This document shows positions 1 through 10,673 of a DNA stretch of 64,000 nt, one piece after another. How positions within the stretch are numbered: the stretch's first letter is position 1; each line of letters begins with the position of its first letter. A model generated the notes under the pieces. That model did no database searches. It was not told where the DNA came from and saw only the letters and a program-made list of their open reading frames with translations. Location of the stretch: positions 40,238,001 to 40,302,000 of the forward strand of contig NC_091472.1 of NCBI RefSeq assembly GCF_036971445.1, in the 5' to 3' direction. The position numbers and the translations under genes were made by a program. Source of the stretch: Narcine bancroftii. Taxonomy: Eukaryota.

Positions 1-135
1 TTTTCTGCATTTCTCTAGGTTAATTACATCCTTTCAAGATGCGGCGACCAGAATAGGCACAATATTTAGGTGTGGTCTCACCACTGTTTTTGTAAAGCTG
101 CAACATGACATCATGACTCCTATGCTCACCACCCA
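1..135 (-). mobile_element. CR1-type LINE fragment (ORF2 C-terminal region)
   Basis: Reverse strand of gcggcgaccagaataggcacaatatttaggtgtggtctcacc gives a decayed VRPHLEYCVQFWSP motif. Confidence 0.7.
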
Positions 136-699
136 TTAGATGAATGTAATTGATGGTATATGGAAATTTAGAAGCACAGAAGAGATGTAGAGAAGGCTAG
201 TGGGGTTTTTCCGCCCCCAAAGTAAACTCTTTTCATAAAGATACTGAGAAGCCAAAGACAGAAAATATAATATATCTACTAATAATATGTAATGCAATAT
301 ACTGGGAGGTTTGCTTTAAAGGGAATATGGCAGCTGATATGGATGGCTTGTATCCCAGATTGTGATTGGAGGAAGATGTAGATGGAAGGAAACCATCCTG
401 TCTTTTCTGGTGGGGAAATTGATACAGCATTGCATGATGTTAAATATGGTCAAGAAGGGATATTAGGACAATCCTAATAATTACCGTCCAGTCTCTTTAA
501 CATCACTGGTGGGCATGGCTTGGTAACTATGTACAGGGGAAAAACAATTAACACAATTAACAGGCATTTAGCAATGTTTGACTTAATTAGGGAGAACGGG
601 GATGGAATTGTAAACATTGAATTGTATTTAACTAAACTAATTGCATATTTCGATGAAGTTAATGCAATAAATGCTGTGTAACAAATAAAAAAAAAAGCA

Positions 700-1400
700 G
701 AGTATCTACATTCCATCCACAATGGCCATCCTGAGCTCTCGGTTGCATGCCATTTCAACTCCTCTTCCCAGTCCCACACCGACCTGTCTATCCTGGGACT
801 TCTCCATTTCCGGAGTGAAGTCTAACTTAAATGACAGGGACAACATCTTGTATTCTGTCTGGCCAGGCTGCAGCTCAAATGTATGAACAGAGAATTTTTC
901 TTTTTCGGGTAGCTTTCCCCTTCTCTCAACTGAACCATTCCATTCTTCATTCTTTCCCATCCTCCCTGCTCCCCTCCACCTTTCATTCCTACCACTTTCA
1001 CCCCTATTATCCCCTTTGTATTCTTCCTCTCTCCCTCCCCCCCCCCCCACCTTCATTATCATTACCACTGTTGTTGTCTTCTTGCCATATTCCAGATCTA
1101 GCAGCCCTTGACCCTACCGATTTCTCCAGTCCACCTTGTCGGGCCCGTTTTTCTCCATCTTGCCCATTCTCTTCTCTTTCTTCCCTCTCCCTCTATCTAG
1201 GATCTGCCCAATATCCTTCACCTGTCTATGGTCCACTAATCGTCCACTGGCCCCAGTCCTACCCCTCCCACCCTGACCTCATTATAAAGGCTCTCTCTCC
1301 TCCACACTCTAGTCCTGAAGGGTTCTGGCCTGCAACACTGACCATTCTTTTTCCCCCACTGATGCGGCTAGACCTGCTAAGTACCTCCTGCAAATTGTGT
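700..1400 (+). mobile_element. Penelope-like element 3' fragment (GIY-YIG C-terminus, pyrimidine-rich tail, degenerate hammerhead end)
   Basis: PELSVACHFNSSSQSHTDLSILGLLH motif (728-807), a C/T-rich tail, and the agtcctgaagggttctggcctgcaacactgacc terminal motif. Confidence 0.75.
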
Positions 1401-1859
1401 TTAGCAACAAATAAAAAGTTGGTTAACAAATTGTGGTTTGTGAAGTAAGGAGGACATATATCAACTTTGGATAAAATCATACTAAGAAGTTTTTATTTCA
1501 GGTTGTGATGTAACCTAAAAGTTGCCCCTTGGACCATTGGATTATTATATATGCCTTGGATATTGGAAAATTCTTGTTTACTGATGGTGACAAATATGCA
1601 CAATACCAAACAAATGCAACGGGCCACAGGTGGAGCAGATCTGGGGAATTTAATACATGGTGTGAGGTGATGCATTAAAGTTCACAATCCATTTTTAAAT
1701 GGGCCTTGGTGAATGCACCTTGTGTGTTTATAAATTTGGATCCTTTCCTGAAACAGACTGGTTTCAGGGATGGTGGTTTTACTGAATCAGGAGTGCATAA
1801 CTAAATTAGTGTCTCTGAGAGTTCATTAGAAGACTGAAATCCTTATTGTTAAGGAGGTG

Positions 1860-3540
1860 ATGGGCATCGAGAACCTTTTTACTGTTGCTATCACTACAGA
1901 GACAGAACTAGGCAAACTAGTTGATCTCAAGGTTGGTAAATCCCCTGGTCCTGACTGAATGCATCTCAGGGAAGTGAGATAAATGGTAGAAGTTAGAGCA
2001 GAAGCATTTGTGTTAATTTATCAAAATTTGCTGGATGCTGTTTAAAAAAGGGAGGGAGACAAAAGGCAGGTAACTGTAGGCCAGTTAGCTTGACATCTGT
2101 AGTTATGAAAATACTTTAAGCTATCATTAAGGAAGTAATAGAGAGACATCAGGATAGAAATTGTTCTCTCAGGAAGACACGGCACATATTCAGGAAGGGC
2201 AAGTCTCGTTTCACTAATTTACTGAGTTCTTTGAGAATATAACAAATGGGGCATATTTGGATTTCCAGGAGGTATTTGATTATGGGCCACATGAGAGACT
2301 CTTCTATAAGATGAGATTGCCTGGAGTTGGGTAAATGTATTTGCAGGTATAGGGGTTGGTTTACCAATAGAAAGCCAAAGTTGGGATAAATGAGTGTTTC
2401 TCTGGTTGGTGATCTGGTAACCAGTGTGGTGCAGGGACAGTTAGCCCAATGCTATTACAGTGCCAGCTACCTGGGTTAGAATGCAGTGCATTTTTTATAT
2501 TCTCCCTCTGTCTCCGATGGTTTTCCCATGGGTGCTGCGATTTTTCTCCTACTCTTCAAAATGTACGAAGTTGTAGGTAAATTTGGGTGTAATTGTATGG
2601 CATGGGTTTAAATGGTCAGAATAGGCTTCTACCGTGCTGTAAATAAAATTATAAATTTGTGCTGAGCACACAGCTGTTCACAATATACATCAACAATTTG
2701 GAGGAGTGGTCAAAGTGAAGCATATCTATGTTTGCTACTGACACTAAATTGAGTGGAAAAGCAAATTGTGTAGAGGAGAGTGTCAGCAGTGAGATACAGA
2801 CAGGTTAAAGTGAGCAAGGGTCTGGTAGATAACCTCAATAAATATGAGGTTATCCACCTTTGAAAGAAAAAAAACTGTTGATTTGGAATGTATGAATCAC
2901 AATAATATTAGTTTGCAGGTATAGCAGACAGACCAGGTAAATGGGATGTTTCCCTTCATTGTTAAAGGAATTAAATTTAAGAGCAGGGAGGTTCTATTGC
3001 ATATATACAGGGTACTGGTGAGGCTGCACCTGGAGTATTGTGTGCAGTTCTGCTCTCCTTACTTGAGAAAGAATGCATTGGCTTTGGATGCAATGGAGAG
3101 GAGTTTCACCATGTTGATTCCAGGAATGAAGGAGTTAGTTTACAAAGGAAGAATGAACAGGCTGGGACATTACTCAGTGGAGTTGAGAATTGCAGGGGGG
3201 TGGGGGGGGGGGGGTAGAAAATCATAAAAATGTATAAAATTTTGAAAGAAATAGATCTGATAGGTAGCAGTGAGGCTGTTTCCACTGGCAGATGAGACGA
3301 ACTAGGGGATAGATTCAGAGGAATAGATGGAGATGAGGAGGAAGTACTTCTCCCAGACAGTAAAAAAGCAACAAAGTATGTGTCATTCAATGTATTTAAT
3401 TCACAAATACATCCTTGAAGAATATGGTGATGGGGAACAGGTGGGTAAGGTGAGCTGAGTCTACAGCCAGATCAGCTATATTGAATGGCAAAGCAGATTC
3501 AGTGGGCTAAATTTCCTACTCTGGTTCCGATTTCTTAAGT
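1860..3540 (+). mobile_element. Decayed CR1-type LINE (RT to 3' tail), interrupted by a SINE
   Basis: Motifs KSPGPD, KGGRQKAGN..RPVSLTSVV and LVRLHLEYCVQFCSPYLRK (ORF 2946-3227); many stops and frameshifts. Confidence 0.85.
2425..2660 (+). mobile_element. tRNA-derived SINE (V-core-like)
   Basis: Same head, core and tail as the copy at 44338-44610; AT-rich tail. Confidence 0.7.
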
Positions 3541-4740
3541 TTTTACAAGGTTTGATAAGATAGAGGCAGGGATTCTTCCCCCTGAACTCCAAACCTTGGA
3601 AAGATTAATAGATTTGTTGTATGTGGCTAAAGAGGAGCCAAACTGTTCTGCACACATTGCCCTTGGCGTGCACGCACACACACCCACCACACCCACACTT
3701 TGCGGATGTTGAGCAGCTCTTAGCAGGCCATGCAGCAGCCACAGGAAATGTATTGACAGGCAATCAAAGTTTCTGAGCACTTGGTTGTAATTCTGGAAAA
3801 ACGGGTCGATGCCTAAATCAAAAGGCAGTGTATCCAAAACTCCTGTCCCTGAAACACTTGGCAACCTTAGTTGAGCTTAACATAGGATGTGAAGCATAGA
3901 AACAAGACATTCTGCCAACCACTCAGTGCCATCTCCAGAACTACTATATCTGAATAATTCAGCATTAGCCTTCAATTGCCTTTTCCTTCTAATCCTCATC
4001 ATGCCTCCTCATAATCGTACCTGTTTCATCCCCTACAATTGATAAATCACAGGTGCCCAAATGATACCAGAGACAAGAAAAGCAACCCAAATAGATTTAA
4101 GTTGATTAAAACATATTAAATACATTAAGTAATGCATGTTTTTTTTGCCATCGAATTGTTGACTCCATTCAAATAACAGGGATGTCAGTTCCCCTCCCCA
4201 CCCTGATAAGGCTGAGGACAGCCCCAGTCACCCTTCGCAGCACGTCACTGCTCCACCACTGGTCTGAACGGTGGGGTCCAGTGGTGAAATGGACAATCAG
4301 ATGTCTCTCCACCTAACTGCCAGCTTATCTCAGAGTTCCACATTCGATTGAGCACATGCAGAAAAGTCTGAAATGTGAGCTGGGAAGCAACTGATAGCCA
4401 GCGGCTGACTTTAAAAACGACACTTACCAATCAGGATGATTCCACCTATTAACTGAAGTGCATTCTGTCAGAAACTAACATACATTACAGGAGTTTCAAG
4501 GCCACTATTTTACCGACATAAATTTTAGTATTTTGATGTTGATCTTAAAAAAAAAATTGCCTCATTTAAATTCTGAATTAGTACAGAAAGCCAGTTAACT
4601 GAATCCCAATAATACAAATGGCTTTTTAACTACCACTTCCTTGGATTTGTTTATTTTCAACTGTACTCTTAAGAGAAACAGAGGCTCTTTTGAATACAAA
4701 ACTGTATCATGAACTCTGAATGATATTCATGCCATTCAAC

Positions 4741-6447
4741 TACCATATATTTTGGCGTATAAATCGAGTCGTGAAACCCAAAAAAGAAACTCTCAAACAT
4801 GGGGTGGACTTGTATGTCAGATATACTTATGAGACCTTAAATTCAGCTCAATATTAAATCCGCATCAATCTGGCATATAAGTTGACCCTTGAAAAACCAA
4901 AAAAAACCCAACTGTGACAGATTTTCATTGAAAACAACACATTTAGAACCCTTCAGAATCCCTCTCGCTCTCATCATCTGCAACAAAGATGGCGGCAAGC
5001 ACATCCATACTCTCACTGTTTAATCAGTCATCATATGGGTCTCTGTATGTGATGAGACAGTTTCAGCTTGGTCATCAGTGACCCACAATAAATCATTTTC
5101 CATGCCATCAATTGCGCAAGAGATACCGCACTTTTTAAACGATTTTATCGCGGTCTCTAACTTTGCCCCATGCCTTGAGTACGAAGTTGCATGGATGTAG
5201 CGCACATTGCCCCGCCTTTTGTAAACAACATTTCTGCACTCAACATCCATGAATTCCATTCCTCTCACACATGGTCTTTGAATGGTTTCTTCAAGCAGAA
5301 ATCAAGAGGTTGCATTATAGACGGCAAACCATCCTGGATAACCACCATTTAAGTATATTTTACTGTTCTCAGTTAAGTGGCTACGAAACATATTCCAGAC
5401 CAGCAAACTCCATTCTTTGCGTAAACCTCCTGTTCCACACATTGTCTATCCATAGTTTTACACCATTTTCATCCATCCAGCCTTTTTCATGAAAATGTGC
5501 AAAAATACCTGCAGGGTATTTCATTTTGGGTTTAATTTTGTGTTTGAAGATTACCATGGCTCTTAACTTCATCCTGTCGGCCAAGCACCGTGGTAAACCT
5601 GGTCATTTCATGGCCTGTACTTCTGGTTTGCACTGTTTTAACATCTTTCCATTCCACTGCTCTATTGCCCATCACATCAAAATTCATGGGGGTTTTGTGC
5701 ATGTTTCCAATATTTGCCAATGCAAACTGGTGTTTCTACTGTTTCCATATAATAAACTGGTGAAAACTGATAACATAATGATTAAGATCTTTTGATGGTT
5801 TCTGAGCAATTTTTGTTTTTTGTTGTAATACCAGATTTTTCCTGTTCATGAAACTATTGCACCAACCAACTGTAGCCTGAAAATATTTACTGAGGTCTGG
5901 GTGCGACTTGGCCCACTGCAGTGCAAATGTTCTTGTTTTATTTCGGGTAACGATGTAGCAATCTTGCCTCTGTTCGCGTACCCATTCTGCAATGTGATTT
6001 TCCAACTCTAGCCAATGAATGATTCCTTTTCTCAAAGAACATTGCCTTTTCAGAATGTTTCTTAAAGTCTCTTCTTTCTTCCTCCAATCTCTTACCAATT
6101 TCTCATCTACATCAAAATTTCTTGCAGCAGTACAGTTATTGGTTTTCTTGGCCATTTCTATCACTTTTAACTTAAAACTCGTTTCATACTTTTGCCGTGA
6201 GTTGTGTTGATGGACCCTCCATGATAGCAATCACCTCCAGCCAATGCCCAGCAGATCAATCTGCGCGATCTTTGCGGCTCAATGTATATGCTGGTCCACA
6301 GCACATCTCATGGATTGCAATCTTTGAGGATTGACTTCTACGCCGGTCAATGAGCCATCTCAGGCATCCAGGAAAATGGGGTCAACTTGTATGCTGGATA
6401 TACCATAAAACCCTTAAAATGGGAGGAGGTTGCTGAAATATATGGTA
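4741..6447 (-). mobile_element. pogo/Tigger-family DNA transposon, both ends present, decayed, in an EPAS1 intron
   Basis: Ends TA-CCATATATTTTGGC (4741) and GCTGAAATATATGG-TA (6447) form TIRs with TA target duplication. Subterminal gggg..acttgtatg..gatatac repeats at both ends; internal transposase pieces. Confidence 0.9.
4960..6230 (-). pseudogene. pogo-type transposase pseudogene (Brinker-like DBD, CENP-B HTH, DDE_1)
   Basis: ORF 5736-6230 RQKYETSFKLKVIEMA..AARNFDVDEKLVRDWRK..WLELENHIAEWV..FQATVGWCNSFMNR; pieces IGNMHKTPMNFD, KLRAMVIFK, EKGWMDE and KSFKKCGIS lie in shifted frames. Confidence 0.9.
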
Positions 6448-7108
6448 TTTTATCCTAGTAAATGAATAAATATAAAACAAATAAATAACTAAACATATAA
6501 TTATGAATGCAGTGATTTAAATTACCTAATAAATGAAGTTACTTAAACCAATTTTCTTTACATAGTTATATCAGTTACACAAAACAAGAAAAACATAATA
6601 TACAAAAGCACAAGGAGATAAACCTTGCATCAGGGTTGTGGGAGAATGACTTGTAATTGGTCTTGTGCCAACAAAGAAATCTTTCAAAGATGCTAAAAAG
6701 AAATTAAGCCAATTACAGAATGAAATGTCTCCAGTGGCATATTTGGATATTAGATGGTTTGGTCAGTCTTCAGCAAGTGATAGCGGTGCTACAATAACTC
6801 TTGGAGGAAATTGGCCCTAAATCCAGAAAGATGGACATCTACAAACAAATTCAGGAAACTTGCATTCAACACAGCATGTGATCAAAGTGTTTTCCCTTGA
6901 TTATTGTTGATGAGTGCTTATAAAATCATATCAATAAGAATCATTGGGGATGACTTGGCCTTCACCATACATCAAGCAAAATGACAATCAGGTGCAGTGT
7001 GATCCCATTTCTTGCAATTTATGAAGAGCAGATTTAGTCATTTTGTATCTGGACAAGAGGAAGGGGTTAAAATGAAATGTTTCACACCTCACTACTGCTT
7101 TGTATTAG

Positions 7109-7226
7109 ATCCCTGGACAACTTTGGACGACGTGGGAAAGAGGCCAACACGGAAATGAGCTTCAGCAACAACCTAAAACGGAAACTGCAGCCAGATTTTG
7201 GAGACCAGATATTCCAATGTTCAGCA
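7109..7226 (+). CDS. EPAS1: EPAS1/HIF-2alpha internal coding exon (approx. human exon 13); first half of the bipartite NLS
   Basis: Acceptor tttgtattag| and donor GCA|gtaagt; 118 nt, phase 2 to 0. Encodes SLDNFGRRGKEANTEMSFSNNLKRKLQPDFGDQIFQCSA, resembling human [21 protein letters not shown]. In phase with the next exon. Confidence 0.85.
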
Positions 7227-7549
7227 GTAAGTTTCTTTCAAATAATCACATTTAGGTTGTTCCTCAGTTGATTGAAGATGGGGTCTAATAAGCAAATGTG
7301 AGATATACAATTAGCTATTGATAAAGGCACCATACTATGATTGCATCAATTCTCAGAAATAGTATCTAAACACCAGAGTTCTCACTTTCAAGGTTGTATC
7401 TCCACTAATTGTTCTGAAAGCAGAATAAGCCTACTAACAGATTGAATGCTTTAGTCCAATGAAAATTTTAAAATCATCATTTATTCACACATAATTCAAG
7501 AATTTACCTTGACTGAGTTCAATACAAATCGAATTAAACAATGGAGTAA

Positions 7550-7705
7550 AACACAAAAAATCTGCAGATGCAGTAATGAAATTAAAAACACAATGCTGGA
7601 GAAACCTGGCAGGTCATAGAGCATACTTTATGTATCTTGATGAAGGGTTCAGCCTGAAACATTGGTTATGTATCTTTATCTTTGCTATATAAAGTACACA
7701 GTTTG
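7550..7705. mobile_element. Penelope-derived fold-back terminal-repeat element with degenerate hammerhead motif
   Basis: aatgctggagaaac..gcaggtca arm joined to ttgatgaagggttcagcctgaaacattgg; same family as 39403-39612. Confidence 0.7.
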
Positions 7706-7837
7706 TAAGGAGTTTGTACATCTTCTCCCTGTGCTCCGGTTTCCTCTAACTGTTCAAAAGAGTACTGGGGGGCTGTAGATCAATTGGGTGTAATTTAGTG
7801 GCACGGATTCCTGTGCTGTATGTCTCAATTAAATAAA
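7700..7837 (+). mobile_element. SINE 3' fragment
   Basis: gtaaggagtttgtac..ctccggtttcct..aattgggtgtaa..gtgctgtatgtc core and tail shared with other copies. Confidence 0.7.
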
Positions 7838-8009
7838 CGATTTCAGCTAAGTTCCAAAAACAGACAACGGGGCAATGCCTAAAGGTGAAAGATTTATTTT
7901 GTCTTATTGATGTTGCTTTTCAATCTACTTTGTATTTGGACTATTCAGCAAATTTCATTCCAGTATTATTTATCTTCACTCAATAAGAATATAACAAATA
8001 GGAGCAGGA

Positions 8010-8332
8010 CACAGAACATAGAACAATACAGCACAGTACAGGCCCTTTGGCCCTCAATGTTGTGTAGACCCATGTATTAATTCCTTAAAAAAAAGTATTA
8101 AGCCTTTCCAACCCCGTAACTCTCTATTTTTCTTTCATCCATGTGTCTGTGTAAGAGTCCCCAATCTTTCAGCCCTGGCAAGGCATGCCAGGCAGCCACA
8201 ACTCACTGTGTGTATAAAAAAAAAAACTTACCCCTGATGTCTCCCTTAACTTTGTACATATATCCTCTGGGATATATGATCCTGCCCTGGGAAACAGGTG
8301 CTGGCTGTCCACCCTATCTATGCCTCTCATAA
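8010..8332 (-). mobile_element. CR1-type LINE 3' tail
   Basis: agaacatagaacaatacagcacag tail; IMRGIDRVDSQHLFPR in ORF 8169-8375. Confidence 0.8.
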
Positions 8333-8454
8333 TCACAAAGGAATAGGCCATTTGGTATGTCATATACTTTGCCATTCAGTAAGATCATAGCTGACATGGC
8401 TGTGGAATCAGCTCCATTTAGGCACTTGTTTCCACATAACCTTAAATTCTTTCT

Positions 8455-8640
8455 AAGTTGAATTTTAGATTTTTAAATTTGTTCACAACATAATAGAAGC
8501 TGACTCTGGCATCAGTTAACTTACCAACTCTGTATGTTTTGGAGGGCGGGAGGAAACCAGAGCACCCAGAGAAATCCCACGCAGGTCCTGGGAGAAAACA
8601 CAGATTCCTTATAGACAGCACCAAGTTTGAACCCTGCTGC
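8455..8640 (-). mobile_element. SINE copy
   Basis: Reverse complement of the SINE core (ggaggaaaccagagcacccagag...acagcacc). Confidence 0.7.
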
Positions 8641-9534
8641 CCATTTCTTAGAATTTATTTTGAAAAATAATCAGAAGAATTGGCTTTTACTTTAGCTTCA
8701 AACTTGGATGACATTTACGAAGGTGAACTTTCACTGTAAGGATTTAAAATCTAATTTCAAAATTTGCACCAGTTTTTGTTATGTGAAGTTGTTCTCATAA
8801 GTGACCAAAAAAAATTTACTTTACATTTTGTGAGAAGGCCGCATAGAATATATAGTTATAGATGTGACCGGAATAATCGCTGCCTGAACAACACACCCCG
8901 ACCTGGAGTTACCTGTTATTGGGTGAGAAACTTATTCCTGGTTTGGAATATAAAACTTGCAACAAATTGTAGGAGAAAGTATTGTGGTCGGTCCAAAAAC
9001 AACTCCATCTACCAATCTGCTGACTAAAATTTAAATAATTCATAGCCACCTCGAATTTATAACTCCTAGATCCACAGTGGACAAAGTTATTCAATAAGAG
9101 TTAGTTGAGGGAAATTTGCCTCAGCATTAGGTGCTCCATTAGCTCTTCACTGTCAATACAATCTCGGCTTTGGGTAGTGTCCTTATGGACACTAAGGAAT
9201 GACATTATGGAATGCTTGACTTTTGAACTTTAATCTCTGAAATGGGACTTGTTCTTTTGACATTTTGACAAATGGGACTTGTTCTTTTGCTAGCCTTTAT
9301 AAAGTTTTTTTTTGTCATTGATCCTGCTTCAACCAATGACTCCAACCCTCTCTCCGGCAATAGACCATTCTCAACTTTGGTGTCATATTTAGGGGCAGTA
9401 AAAGGTTAGCATTGTGGTTACATAGGAACATAGGAAGTAGGAACAGGAGTAGGCCAAAAATGGCCCATCGAGCCTGCTCTGCCATTCAATACGATCAGGG
9501 CTGACCTAATTTATGAAATTAGTTTGCATTAATA

Positions 9535-9740
9535 CAAGGTTAGTACAATACCTTTACAGTCACTGTTTGTAAGGAGTTTGTACGTTCTCCCCATGTCTGC
9601 GTGAGTTTTCCCTGGGGTCTCCGGTTTCCTCCCGTCATATGAAATGTACTGGAGGTGTAGGTTAATTGGGTTTAAATTGAGCGGCACGGACTCGTGCGCC
9701 GAAATGGCCTGTTAACATGCTGTGTCTAAATATAAATTTC
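9535..9740 (+). mobile_element. SINE copy
   Basis: aaggagtttgtacgttctcccc..ctccggtttcctccc..gaaatggcctgtt..tgctg. Confidence 0.8.
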
Positions 9741-9914
9741 ACTCAAAAATAAGCCTCAAATAATCCACAACAAAAAAGGTACTGCAGAGCCACTAACTAA
9801 ACTCAATTACAGTTTAAGATAATGCAATGCCCTAAGCTGAAGTTAGTACTTCAAAGATTTCTACATTTCTCTTTGTATTTACAAGCCTGAACTGACATCT
9901 TGCTCCTGTTTAAG

Positions 9915-10047
9915 GAATCACCATATGAAGACCCACCAAGGAGCAACAGTTTTTCACACATGTTGTGGAAAAGAATGAAAAACATCAAATCTGAACACAA
10001 TTCTCCTTTAATGGAGAAGAAATCTTTGAGTTCAAGTTCACTTACAG
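9915..10047 (+). CDS. EPAS1: EPAS1/HIF-2alpha internal coding exon (approx. human exon 14)
   Basis: ctgac branch-like motif, acceptor ttgctcctgtttaag|, donor CAG|gtaaaa; 133 nt, phase 0 to 1. Encodes ESPYEDPPRSNSFSHMLWKRMKNIKSEHNSPLMEKKSLSSSSLT, matching human [32 protein letters not shown]. Confidence 0.93.
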
Positions 10048-10521
10048 GTAAAAATGCGCATTCTATTCTTGCCTTTCCTCCTCTCAAAGATGTGGTGTTT
10101 TCATGGCAATGGGGTTCAACTTTGTTGAAATCAGTCACTGTTGAACATCAGTTCTCAGTTATGCCAGCAATGCTGAAGTCATCAAGATGGGCATGTGCCA
10201 AATTGCATTTTTAAAAAAAATTATTTCAAACATTTTATGGATACCAAAATAAAGATTCAAACTTACCTATATAGTAATGTAAAAACTGAGATGTCAAAAT
10301 TGATACAACCTGGGCCATTGTCCTTTCGTGTCAATCTGCCAAAAACATTTCTCCATGTTATGTAACATAAAACTTGCACTGATTGACTTTGAATGGACAC
10401 CATGGGCAGTATGCTGCACGATGAAGTTCACACCTACTGTAACGTTTGACTGGTTAATGTTTTAAAGTAACCTTTTAAGGAATAATAAAACAAATATTTT
10501 TTGCCTTGTTACTGTCTGCAG

Positions 10522-10673
10522 GGATGGCGAGTCGCCTCTTGGGTTCCTCGTTTCTGGCGTACTCCTTGCCAGAGTTGACGCGGTATGACTGTGAGGTAAA
10601 TGCACCTGTGATGGGGAGTTCAACACTTTTGCATGGACGTGAACTGCTTAGAGCGCTTGACCAAGCAACTTAA
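10522..10673 (+). CDS. EPAS1: EPAS1/HIF-2alpha terminal coding exon: C-terminal transactivation domain (CAD)
   Basis: Acceptor ttgttactgtctgcag|, phase 1. Encodes (G)[49 protein letters not shown] with TAA at 10671-10673, colinear with human HIF-2alpha [63 protein letters not shown] and DQAT distinguish it from HIF-1alpha. Confidence 0.97.

Noticed and set aside
831-1448. 205-aa Pro/Ser/Leu-rich ORF and the antisense 120-aa ORF
   Set aside because: Low-complexity translation of a Penelope pyrimidine-rich tail.
1-7100. EPAS1 ODD exon (LAPYIP motif)
   Set aside because: No such motif found; it presumably lies upstream of the window.
10048-10089. 42-nt GT-AG mini-intron with a strong pyrimidine tract that might introduce the missing exon
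   Set aside because: Too short for a typical vertebrate intron, and the downstream peptide (DVVFSWQW...) does not resemble EPAS1.
10522-10673. Assignment to HIF1A because of CEVNAP
   Set aside because: [25 protein letters not shown] and the upstream WKRMK are HIF-2alpha signatures.
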